Of a stretch of DNA of 64,000 nt, positions 39,789 through 49,252 are shown piece after piece. The translations under genes and the position numbers were made by a program. Under the pieces are notes generated by a model, which had not been told where the DNA came from, ran no database searches, and worked only from the letters and a program-made list of their open reading frames with translations. Source of the stretch: an uncultured delta proteobacterium (GTDB lineage Bacteria; Desulfobacterota; Binatia; UBA9968); the NCBI GenBank assembly GCA_963755715.1, contig CAVWLW010000014.1:29759-93758 (forward strand), given 5' to 3'. Position 1 is the first letter of the stretch. Every line of letters begins with the position of its first letter.

Positions 39789-41481
39789 TTAAACACTTCG
39801 CAACACTTTCCCCGGATACACACCCGTATGGGCGCCGTTTTTCATCAGGACGGAGCCGTTGACGACCGTGTAGTGAATTCCTTTGGCGCCCTGGATGTAG
39901 CGCGAAGCGCCTTCGGGGAGGTCGTTAATTTTTTCCGGTTCGGCATAAATCGATCGTCGTCGGGATCGAAGACGAAGAGGTCGGCGGCCAGGCCGCGGCG
40001 CAGTAGGCCGCGGTCGTGGATGCCGAAGATCGATGCGGGCAGGAAAGTCAGTTTTTTGATCGCGTCTTCCAAGCTCATGATTTGCCGCTCGCGTACCCAG
40101 TACGCGAGCATGGTTGTGGCGAAGCCGAAACCCGGGTTGGCGTTGGCGACGTGGGCGCCGGCGTCGGATTGACCGAGCAAGACGTGCGGGCTACAGAAGA
40201 TTTCTTTTACGGCCTGGTCATCGCCCTGGGTCGCGGTATCTTCGAAAGTCGTTTCTAGATCTTCGGCCAGGGCTAAATCCAAGAATGCGCCTATCGGCGA
40301 CTTTGCTTGGAGTCGAGCGAGCTCGTCGATATTTTTGCCTTCGAGCGGTCGATTCTCCGCGCGCGCGGCTTTCTTGATCGAGACTAGATCCCAGCGGCGC
40401 GAGAAATTGATCGGCTTGCCTTCGGTCGTCGCCTTGTCGAGCTCGTCACGGGTTTTCGCATCGCCCAGTAGTATCTTGCGCAGCTCCAACGGCATGGTCA
40501 TGAGAGTTTTCCATGCCGAGATCTCGTCGAACCGGCTCGAATCTTTTAACGTCCAGCGCCGCAGCGTGCGTCGCGTGCTGGTCATCGCGTACGCCGCATA
40601 GCCTTGCCGGCAGCGCTCTTCGACGTCGTTCAATTGCTTGCGCCACAAGTCCGGCTCGCTCCAGAAGTGGCGGATGCTTTCGCCGATCAGCGGCCGGCGG
40701 GTCTCCTTGAGGATCGTGTCGTACCACTGGCCGATGTGCGCGACGTGTTCAGGCGAGGCGAAAGCGCCGTGGGTGAACTGCACCAAACCGCTCTGGGCTT
40801 CGCCGACCACGCGGCACAAGCCGAGCGATTTCATCGAGACCGGCGAAGCGGCTCGCCACCGGCTTGCCGTCTTCGCGATAGTGACGCTGGTTGGCATTGG
40901 TCGAGAAGCCGAAGGCGCCCGCCGCCATGCCATGGCGGACCAAGCTCTTCCATCTCGGCAATCTCGGCATCGTTGGCTTCGCGCTCGACGCTGGCTTCGC
41001 CCATCGCATATTGGCGCACGGCGCAGTGGCCGACGAGCGTCGCGACGTTCAATCCGAGCGGCTTTCGCTCCAGCGCGTCGAGATATTCGCCGTGGGTCGT
41101 CCACTCCCAGGGAATGCCGGCTTGTAAGCTTTGGCGCGGCATGTCCTCTACCCGCACGAAGGTGCCGATCAACGCATCGCGGCTTTCCGGTTTGCACGGC
41201 GCCAGGGTGAGGCCGCAATTACCCATCACGACGGTGGTGACGCCGTGTTCGGAGGACGATGACGCCAGCGGATCCCACCAAAGTTGCGCGTCGAAGTGGG
41301 TGTGAAAATCGATGATACCCGGCGCGACGGCGAGACCGCCAACGTCGAGGACCTGATCGGCGGCGGCATTGATCCTGCCAATCTCTTCGATCCGCCCATC
41401 GCGGATCGCCACATCGCCGATAAATGACGGCATGCCCGAGCCGTCGTAAATCCGTCCGCCTTTGAGAATCAGATCGTACAT
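39789..41481 (-). CDS. N-acyl-D-amino-acid deacylase family amidohydrolase (several frameshifts)
   Basis: MYDLILKGGRIYDGSG, APGIIDFHTHFD, GVTTVVMGNCG, SDAGAH, DRGLLRRGLAADLFVFDP; ends ...GVYPGKVLRSV*. Confidence 0.9.
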
Positions 41482-41651
41482 AAGACCTCATCTGCGCGTG
41501 CTGGAAAGTCGAACGAACATAGCGCACCGCGGCAATACGTGAATACGCAAACTATAGGGCGGAGAATTTTTCCGTGCAACTCTAATATCGACCGGTGAAA
41601 AGCGGCACTCTCAGATGTGCTTGCACTCGTCAGGTTTGGACATTTGTCCTT

Positions 41652-41671
41652 CATTGCATTACAATGCAATG
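41652..41671. promoter_or_regulatory. Palindromic operator of the TA operon
   Basis: CATTGCATT-AC-AATGCAATG perfect inverted repeat just upstream of the antitoxin RBS. Confidence 0.7.
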
Positions 41672-41688
41672 CGACTGGAGGATCCTGT

Positions 41689-41937
41689 ATGGAGCGTCAA
41701 TTGACCATGCGATTGTCGGCGGATCTTGCTGCCAAACTAGAACGCTCGGCGAAACGGCTAAAACGCAAGCGATCTGAAGTGGTTCGCGAGGCGCTGGAGC
41801 AATATCTGGATACCCAGCCGGATATTCGTCCGATTGAGCGGGTGCGCGATCTTCTCGGCAGCATTGCCAGTGGTCGTCCCGACCTAGGCCAGCGTCATCG
41901 CGATTACTTGATTCGCCGGTTGCGCCGTGGAAGATGA
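41689..41937 (+). CDS. vapB: Ribbon-helix-helix (CopG-like) antitoxin
   Basis: QLTMRLSADLAAKLERSAKRLKRKRSEVVREALEQYL; overlaps the PIN gene. Confidence 0.85.
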   Translation: MERQLTMRLSADLAAKLERSAKRLKRKRSEVVREALEQYLDTQPDIRPIERVRDLLGSIASGRPDLGQRHRDYLIRRLRRGR

Positions 41938-42340
41938 ACTCTTGTTGGATACGGGTGCATTCGTGGCCCTCGTGGACCGAGACGAGAAGCTGCACGATGA
42001 TTGCATTGCCGAGTTGGAAAAATGGACCGGGCACGTCGTTACCACGGAAGCGGTGTTGACCGAAACACTTTATTTGGTCGGACCAGATTGGCGCGCGCAG
42101 AAAATTTGTCTTGAGTTTATCCTCAGAGGCGCATTTCAATTGGTTCCTTCATCGGCGAAAAGTTTACACCGGGTCGCTGCTCTGATGGAAAGGTATCGAA
42201 ATGTTCCGATGGACTTTGCCGATGGGACGCTGGTTGCTCTCGGGGAAGAACTGGAGACGGATAACGTTTTTACTTTGGATCGTCGCGGATTCTCTGTCTA
42301 TCGAATGAATCGGAACAAATCTTTCCAAATTATCCCATGA
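41927..42340 (+). CDS. vapC: PIN-domain toxin
   Basis: LLDTGAFVAL, VLTE, MDFADGTLV, FTLDRRGF. Confidence 0.9.
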   Translation: MEDELLLDTGAFVALVDRDEKLHDDCIAELEKWTGHVVTTEAVLTETLYLVGPDWRAQKICLEFILRGAFQLVPSSAKSLHRVAALMERYRNVPMDFADGTLVALGEELETDNVFTLDRRGFSVYRMNRNKSFQIIP

Positions 42341-42436
42341 TCCGGCATACGAACCCGATGGGCCGTTTTCTTATCTTGAACGGTTTGCGCTTAACGATTC
42401 ACGGTTTTACGGCCAACGCATTGGAATGCTCATCGG

Positions 42437-43441
42437 TCACTTAAAAAAGATCTCCCGGAACTCGTCCACATATTTCGCATAGCTGTCGCCCCAACGCGGG
42501 TCGGCGGGGTAGAGTTTGATTCCTTCTTTTAACTCCGAAGTGACGTCGCCGCGATCGGGGATGCGGTTGAAGCTGCGGATCAATTCCTGACCTTCTTTCG
42601 ACAACGCCAAGTCGATAAATAGTTTGCCGGCGTTCGGGTGCTGCGCTTTGGCGCTGAGCGCTATGGGTTTTAGTCCGGTGACGATGGGTTGTGCCGTGCG
42701 CACCCAGTCCACCGGCGCGCCGCGTTTCTTCATCGTCGCCGCCTGGTGTGAGTAGACCAGACCCAATGGAAACTCTCCTGCCCCGAGCAGTTGGATGATC
42801 ACAGTTTCGCTGTCGCGGAACGCCGGCTTTTGGGCCGCGAGCTTGCGCATGAAGTCGCGCCCCTTTTCTTCGCCGGCAAATTTCAGAAAGCCGGTGTACC
42901 AGAGCGTGGCGCTGTCGGACATGCCGAATCCGCCTTTCCAGCGCGGATTGAGCACATCGTCGAAGGTTTTTGGCGCGACGTCGGGTTTTACTAGATTCGT
43001 ATTGTAGGCAATGACACGTGGGATGGAGTAAACGCTGGTCCAAAAGCCGTCTTTGTCGGTGAAGCCTTCGGGATAAGCTTGGCTGTGCGGCGAGACATAT
43101 TTTTGCAAAAGCTTTTTCTGCAGCAGCACGCGAACCTCGAAGCTGCTGATCATGATCGCGTCGCCGTTGAATTTTCCCGCCGTCGATTCCGTGAGGATAC
43201 GATTCAACAGCTTTTCGTTGTCGGCGCGAAAAAGGTTGACGTTGATAAAGGGATATTTCTGCTTGAAAAGCTGAACCATGCCATTGGCGTCGGTGAGGTT
43301 CGTCGACAGATAGAGGACGAGTTGCCCTTCCTTTTTCGCGGCAGCGACCACATCGTCCTGGGCCGCTGCGCCCGAAGGATGCCAATTCAAGACCGTGAAG
43401 CCGATGAGGAGCGCGAGCGATAGTTTTAATATTTTCATCAT
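42437..43441 (-). CDS. Extracellular solute-binding protein
   Basis: AAKKEGQLVLY, VLNPRWKG, HPNAGKLFIDLALS, FREIFFK. Confidence 0.9.
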   Translation of the reverse strand: MMKILKLSLALLIGFTVLNWHPSGAAAQDDVVAAAKKEGQLVLYLSTNLTDANGMVQLFKQKYPFINVNLFRADNEKLLNRILTESTAGKFNGDAIMISSFEVRVLLQKKLLQKYVSPHSQAYPEGFTDKDGFWTSVYSIPRVIAYNTNLVKPDVAPKTFDDVLNPRWKGGFGMSDSATLWYTGFLKFAGEEKGRDFMRKLAAQKPAFRDSETVIIQLLGAGEFPLGLVYSHQAATMKKRGAPVDWVRTAQPIVTGLKPIALSAKAQHPNAGKLFIDLALSKEGQELIRSFNRIPDRGDVTSELKEGIKLYPADPRWGDSYAKYVDEFREIFFK

Positions 43442-43478
43442 GTCTCCAGCCGCAAACAATTCTAAGGAAAATTCAGAC

Positions 43479-43549
43479 TCACCACGAAGTTCACGAAGAG
43501 CACGAAGTTCGGAGAAAAATTGTTAAAACCTTCGTGTCCTTCGTGGTGA
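43479..43549. repeat. CACGAAG-family inverted nonamer array (uninterrupted copy)
   Basis: TCACCACGAAGTTCACGAAGAGCACGAAG...CTTCGTGTCCTTCGTGGTGA. Confidence 0.8.
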
Positions 43550-43561
43550 ACCAAGGTTTTT

Positions 43562-44852
43562 TCAGACTTCCTCCTGCAAAGTTTGCAGGGCGCGGAGAAT
43601 CAATTGTCGCCTGAATTCTTTTTCCTTCTCCGGGGGCAACTCGGGATTGCCGGTCGGACTGACGATGCCGCCGGAAGCGATCGCGCGCAGCGAACCGACT
43701 TCTTTCGCCACCGGGATCATCGTGCAGATTTGCGTAACCGGAATTTCGAGTTTTTCGATTTCTTTGCTGATCGCTGCGCCGCAGCGAGTGCTGGAGCCTC
43801 AAGTCGAGGTGAGGATCACGCCGGTTACGCCGGCCGCTTTCAGGCGCTGGGCTATGTCTTTACCGATGTTCGTCGCGTTTTCCACGGCGGCATGAGCGCC
43901 GCCGGTGGAGTGGACGAACTCGTGGAGTTTGCCGATCACGCCTTCGCGTTCGAGCTCGCGCATGGTATCGAGCGGCACCAAGCGGTTGGGATCACGATTG
44001 GCAATCGCCGTGTCGTACCCCGAGTGAACGGCATCGTATTTATCCGCATCGAGAGAATTGACGCCGGTGACGGGAATCGTCGTAAAGCGCGTCGGACGGC
44101 CAGGCTCGATGTTGTCGGGATTGCCTTCGGGCACCAAGCCGCCGTCGGTGACGAGTGCGATGACTGCCGACTTGAGATTCGTGAGCGGCGCGGCCGGTTT
44201 ACTCCCGGCAAATTTCGGCGGCGGCGATTTCCGAGTGAAATTCATCGCCGCGCAATTTCGCGAGCAGCATGTCGACGGCGCGCTCCGCCGGCGGTTTAGC
44301 GGCAAACTCATTGCGCTTGATGCCACGCGCCAGATAGCCTTCGTTTTCCGGTTTGCCGATCGCCTCGCGGCGAGCCAGTTTCACTCCGAGCGCGGCCATG
44401 CGCTGAATCGTCGGCACCATGCGGGCGATGGTGGCACCGGAGTTGATGATATAGAGATTTTTTCGATACAGGCCGGCGCCGACGTTGTCTTCGTCCATGC
44501 CCGCTACCGCCACGATGCCGAGCCGCTGTTGCGCGGCTTGGCAGATCGCGCCGCAGGCGATGCCGTAACGGCCGCTCTCGAACGCCGGGCCGGCGATCAG
44601 CAGGTCCGGTTTGTATTCGGCCATTCGTTGGATCAATTGGTCGATCGTCTGCGCTTGGTGCTCGGCGAAATAGTTATCACCGCAGAATATCGTCGCGACG
44701 ATTTCGCCGTGCTCGCCCAGCGCTTGCTGCAGCGCGCGGCCGGGGCCGATAAGACCGGGTTTGATCTGCGGGCCGACTTCGGCTTTGTCTTCGCCGCCGA
44801 TCTGGGCGAAGAACTGATTCAAGTAATGGACGACGCGAATCTGTGGGTTCAT
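43562..44852 (-). CDS. grdB: Glycine/sarcosine/betaine reductase selenoprotein B family, Sec UGA at 43799-43801 (plus indels near 44220 and 43620)
   Basis: VVHYLNQFFAQIGGEDKA, CGDNYF, AGPAFESGRYGIACG, HSGYD, DPNRLVPLD, then GVILTST-UGA-GSSTRCGAAISKEIEKLEIPVTQICTMIPVAKEVGS. Confidence 0.92.
43771..43787 (-). promoter_or_regulatory. SECIS-like hairpin
   Basis: Starts exactly 11 nt after the UGA: UCGCUGC-GGC-GCAGCGA, 17 nt, with G first in the loop. Confidence 0.75.
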
Positions 44853-44881
44853 ATAGTTCACTCCGTAACTTTATCCACGGA

Positions 44882-45024
44882 AAAATCCGAAATCCGAAGC
44901 ACCAAATCCGAAACAAACCAAGCCGAAATTCAAAATCCGAAATCCGAAACGGGCCGCTTTTGAATTTTCTGCGTTTTGATCATTCGGATTTGTTTTGGAT
45001 TTCGAATTTCGGATTTCGAAATTT
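44882..45024. repeat. Intergenic inverted heptamer-array element (AAATCCG family)
   Basis: AAATCCG AAATCCG AAGCACC AAATCCG AAACAAA...TTTGTTT TGGATTT CGAATTT CGGATTT. Confidence 0.85.
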
Positions 45025-45026
45025 AG

Positions 45027-46304
45027 TTAGCTCATATACGTCGTGAGGCGCGATGCGCCCACCTGGCTGATGGCGCCGACGATGTCGCCGATCCAAAGAT
45101 TCAATTCTGCGCGCGCCGCCGTGGGCGTGATACCCGGGTTTTCGCTGTCCGGATTGCCGTTGTCCAGTGCGATGGTTTCGCCGCCGATGACGTGCTCTAC
45201 AGCGGGCAGGGTAATCGCGTCGCGCGTCAGTCCGGGCGTGACGAGGGCGTTCACGTTCGCCGGGACGAAGGTGATGCCGGTGTCGGGATAGCGCTCCATG
45301 ATGATCAGCGCGGCTTTCATGCCCATCTCTTCAGCGCGCGTGTAGATCATCATCAGGTCGGTATCGACGGCGCCGCCGCCGATCTTGGTCGCGATGATGC
45401 CATCGGCGTTTAAGACTTCTTTCGCCAGACGCGCGGCGAGGGCGGTGTTGCGTTCTTTTTCAGCAATGGTGACCGGCGCGACGGTGAGGACGACGCCGGC
45501 GAACCAGAGATCGCGGCCGTGGCGCCGATAAAGCTCGTGGATCACCGGATGATTCTGCGCGAACCAGGTAAACGCCGAGTAAGAAAACATCAGCGCGCCG
45601 TCGAGGATCTCGTTCGGATGAACGATGGTCGGCATGAAGCCCTGAATGTTGCTGCCGTAGAAGACGGTTTCTTTTTGCTGGGTCGGATGCTGGTGCGAAT
45701 GCATCGGAAAAATGTAAGCGATGCGCGGCAAATCTTTCGGCCCTTGATTCGATCGCAACTGGCGGCAGCTCGAAGGTTTGCGTTTCATGAGGAGCGACGT
45801 CTTTCGCTGCCGCCGCGAGATACGTCGCGGTTTTCAACCCGGCTTTCTTCACCGCCAAGCGATAATCGTCTTTGTCGGCGCCTGGCTTTGGATAAGGCAG
45901 CAAGACGACATTGTGCGTGTTGGCGATGGGGGAGTATTCAGCCGCCGGGCCGCTCATGTCGATGATATTTCGCGAACGGATCGCCAACTGATCAGTTTCG
46001 ACGACCGCTACGTTCTTGAGCGCGCGCGTGCGGCCGTCGCCGACTAGGCCGATCGCATTCGAGCGCGCCAGGAAAATTCGGACCGTTCATCCGATAACGC
46101 GGTTCGACAACATCGAGGACGCGGATGATCCGGCAAGATTCGCCCGGGTGGGCCAATTCGATTTCGACGTGATTCGAAAAGCGGTTCCTGTTCGAGTTGC
46201 GAGACGAGGTCTGCGCGATCGATGATCAGGGCATCGTTCACGATCGCAGTCCGCGCTCCAAAGCGGACATCGTTCACTTGGATGAGCTCGAGATCTAAAC
46301 GCAT
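45027..46304 (-). CDS. grdE: Glycine/sarcosine/betaine reductase component B proprotein family (GrdE/GrdI-like), frameshifted
   Basis: MRLDLELIQVNDVRFG, IIDMSGPAAEYSP, PTIVHPNEILDGA, QNHPVIHELYRRHG, ADGIIATKIGGG. The symbol is family-level only. Confidence 0.85.
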
Positions 46305-46472
46305 GGCTCGATATTTATCATCTATCGGCGAGCGTGAGTAGAGGCGGCGTGCGAGAGATTGAACCGCTGGACTAGACCAACTTGTAACGGTCTGGCCGTG
46401 CGGCGCCGGCTAGAGGTCTGCTCCTAGATTGCGCACCACTGGTCAATCTGCTGAATCAGCTGCTCTCTGCTC

Positions 46473-46511
46473 AACGATTTGAACGGCTTGAACTTTTTGA
46501 GCGACTTGAAC
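46473..46511 (-). repeat. Nonamer-period repeat (TTGAACNNN)
   Basis: CAACGATTTGAACGGCTTGAACTTTTTGAGCGACTTGAAC, nearly identical to 54400-54442. Confidence 0.75.
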
Positions 46512-46520
46512 GTCGCCCAA

Positions 46521-47558
46521 TCAGCTCGCCGGCAGCGGTCCGGCGGCGTTGAGCTTTTTGAATAACTCGACGATCTCCGGATCGCGCGGCAATTCTTTGA
46601 GGGCGCGTTCCATGTCTTCACCCGATAGCGGTGTCGGCTCCTCGCCGACCAGTTTCTTATACTCTTTGTGAAAGTCCGGGTCGCTGTACATTTTCGCCGT
46701 GGCGGCGCGGAGTATTTTTACCGGTTCCGCCGGCGTGCCAGGCGGGAAGAAAGACGGCGTGCCGATCTGGCGGAAGGTGCGAACCATCGCCAGTAACTTT
46801 TTTTCACGCTCCGATTTGGCGAACTCTTCAACTTCAGGCAAACGATCGAAGCCCGCTTGTTTGAGGCCGCGCGGCACTTCCATGATCGCGTGGATGTCGA
46901 TCATGCCTTTGGCGAGCCATTCCGCGTTCCGTATCGTCAGCGTGTCCGGATTGTTGATCCTGCCGTCGATCTCGCCGCGCATGAGCGCGAGGTCGAGCTC
47001 GTTGCCGGAGTAGCCCACGACCATTTTAGGATCTTTAAATCCGATCAACAGGGCAAACAGGCGGCCGACGAAATAGTTCGAGTGGCCGACGGTTTGCGCG
47101 CCGATTCTAATGCCACTTGCCGAGCGTAGGGCATCGATACTTTTAAGCCCGGCTTCTTTGCGCGTGATGAAGACCCAGTGGTAGGTGCTGTGCGGCGAGC
47201 CCAAATAAATAAACTTGTTGAGATCGTACAACACGCCCTTCTCGCCGAGCACCGCGTTGGCGATCAGACCGCCGCCGACGCGGCCCATGGTAAGACCGTC
47301 GGGGCGAACATTCTTGAAAACATGGTTGGCGGCTTTAGTGCCGCCACTGCCCGGCATGTATTCGGAGACGATGGTCGGCTCACCGGGAATATGTTTTTTC
47401 AGATACGGTAGGAGCGCGCGGGTTTGGACATCGGAACTGCCACCCGGTTCAGTGCCCTGGACGATGGTGATGGTTTTGCCCTGGTAGAAAGGAGTCTGGG
47501 CAGACGCGCAAGTCAGTGAGCATAAAATGTAAGCGACGAGAGCCAACGGTTTCAGCAT
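46521..47558 (-). CDS. Tripartite tricarboxylate transporter substrate-binding protein (Bug/TctC)
   Basis: FYQGKTITIV...PGG..D, HIPGEPTIVSEYMPGSGG, PDGLT, PPGTP. Confidence 0.9.
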   Translation of the reverse strand: MLKPLALVAYILCSLTCASAQTPFYQGKTITIVQGTEPGGSSDVQTRALLPYLKKHIPGEPTIVSEYMPGSGGTKAANHVFKNVRPDGLTMGRVGGGLIANAVLGEKGVLYDLNKFIYLGSPHSTYHWVFITRKEAGLKSIDALRSASGIRIGAQTVGHSNYFVGRLFALLIGFKDPKMVVGYSGNELDLALMRGEIDGRINNPDTLTIRNAEWLAKGMIDIHAIMEVPRGLKQAGFDRLPEVEEFAKSEREKKLLAMVRTFRQIGTPSFFPPGTPAEPVKILRAATAKMYSDPDFHKEYKKLVGEEPTPLSGEDMERALKELPRDPEIVELFKKLNAAGPLPAS

Positions 47559-47574
47559 ACACTCCTCCTTACAG

Positions 47575-47673
47575 GTTCAAGCTGTTCACCCTCTACCTCT
47601 GTCCTCCCCCGCGACGCGAGGAGGAATTTAGGAGGTGGGATTGAACGGCGCGAAGCGGTTGAACGATTTGAAC
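47575..47673. repeat. Nonamer inverted repeat with a nested CCCTC/GAGG hairpin element
   Basis: GTTCAAGCTGTTCA [CCCTCTACCTCTGTCCTCCCCCGCGACGCGAGGAGG...GGAGGTGGGA] TTGAACGG...TTGAAC. Confidence 0.6.
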
Positions 47674-47682
47674 TCTTTCGCC

Positions 47683-48739
47683 TTACCGCGCCGGCAGCGG
47701 GCCCTGCTCGGCCATTTTCTTGTAGAGCGCGACAGTCTCGGGGTCGCGCGGCAGCTCGCGGATCGCGGTTTCCATTTCCTCGCCGGTGAGCGGCGTCGGC
47801 TCGTTGCTCATGAGCTTTTTGAATTCCTTGTGAAACTCCGGATCCTTGAAAGACTTCGCCATCGCGCCGCGCAAGATTCCCACGACTTCTTTGGGCGTTC
47901 CCGGCGGCACGATATAGGGCCAGCGGGGATAGAGAAAGGCGCGAAACAGGTTGACCATCTGCCGCTCCTTGTCGTTCTTGGCAAAACTTTCCAGCTCGGG
48001 AGCTTTGGGCAAACCTTTAATGAAATTTCCCTTGGGAATCGTGATGAAGGCGTGAAAGTTGAGTTGTCCTACTTGCAGACCGTCGCGATTGCGCTGGAAG
48101 ATGGTATCCGCGCCGTTGGCGCGTAAATCCAATTCTCCACTTCCCAGAGCGATGTCGATCTCGGGGCCGCCGTAGCCGACGACCATGCGGGGTTCTTTCA
48201 AGCCCAGCAGGTAACCGAACATGCGTCCGCTGATGAAGACCGGATGGCCGACCGCCTGCGCGCCAATCCGTAGTCCGGTTGCGGCGCGCAATTTTTCCAG
48301 ACTGTCGAAGCCCGCTTCCTTGCGGCTGACAAAGACGTAAGGATCGCCGCTCTCCGTCGAACCGAGATAAATGAGTTTGTCGATATCATATTGCGATCCG
48401 GGAAGGCCCAAGATCGGACCCGCGACCAGACCCGCGCCGACCGCGCCGATCGCCAAGCCGTCGGGCTTGGCCGTCGAGTAAATGTGATTCACCGCCTTGC
48501 GGCCCGCTGCGCCGGGCATATTTTCAACGATGATCGTCGGATCGCCGGGAATATTTTTTTTCAGAAAGGGAATCAGCGCCCGCGCCTGCAGGTCGCCCGA
48601 ACCGCCGGGCTCGCCGCCGCGGATGATCCTGATGGTCTTATTTTGGTAATAGGGAACTTGAGCGAAAGCTGGGCCGGCGATAAAACACGACGCTATCGCT
48701 AGAAAGGTAATCGCACCACGAATTCTTCGGACGCCGCAC
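47683..48739 (-). CDS. Bug/TctC substrate-binding protein (frameshifted N-terminus)
   Basis: YYQNKTIRIIRGGEPGGSGD, MPGAAGRKAVN, PDGL, PPGTP. Confidence 0.87.
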
Positions 48740-48783
48740 GTTCTCCTCCGAGTTTTTCAATATGATCTGAGAAAGAAACGTCA

Positions 48784-49252
48784 TCAGTCGAAAAGAATTC
48801 CCGGTGGCCACCTCGTCTCGAGCATGTACTCAAAGAGACCCCAGACGAGGGCATAAGTGCAAGCCGTGGCAATCAGAGCGATGTACCATTTTTCCTTGCC
48901 TTCGATCAGCGTGTAAAGAAAGACCAGCAGCGGCAAAGCGATAGACCAGACCCAATAGCCAGATGCCGAGTGCGCCGCCGATGAACCAGGCGAAATATCC
49001 CAATGTGCGCTTGAGCTCGGTTTGCCGGTCGAGCTGGACATCGCTGACCTCATCCATATCAATACCGCCAGCAGTGCCGCGCCGCCCCTGCCAACCGGTC
49101 ACTTCACGGTAAAGTTGCACCAAGACTAAAATAATACCAGGGATGGCGGCAACGTAGACCGGCATGATCTTGGCGATGTTGGGCCAGTCCCAACCAATCA
49201 CGGCCCCTACGACGAAAACCAAAAGAAAGAAGAGAGTAAGATTAGCTTTCAT
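48784..49252 (-). CDS. tctB: TctB small permease subunit (frameshifted)
   Basis: 4-TM protein overlapping the tctA stop; ends LFEYMLETRWPPG. Confidence 0.75.

Noticed and set aside
42441-43385. Long alternative-frame and antisense ORFs (also 14180-15064, 44058-44963, 57957-58913)
   Set aside because: Shadow ORFs of GC-rich genes, with Arg/Ala-rich composition and no motifs.
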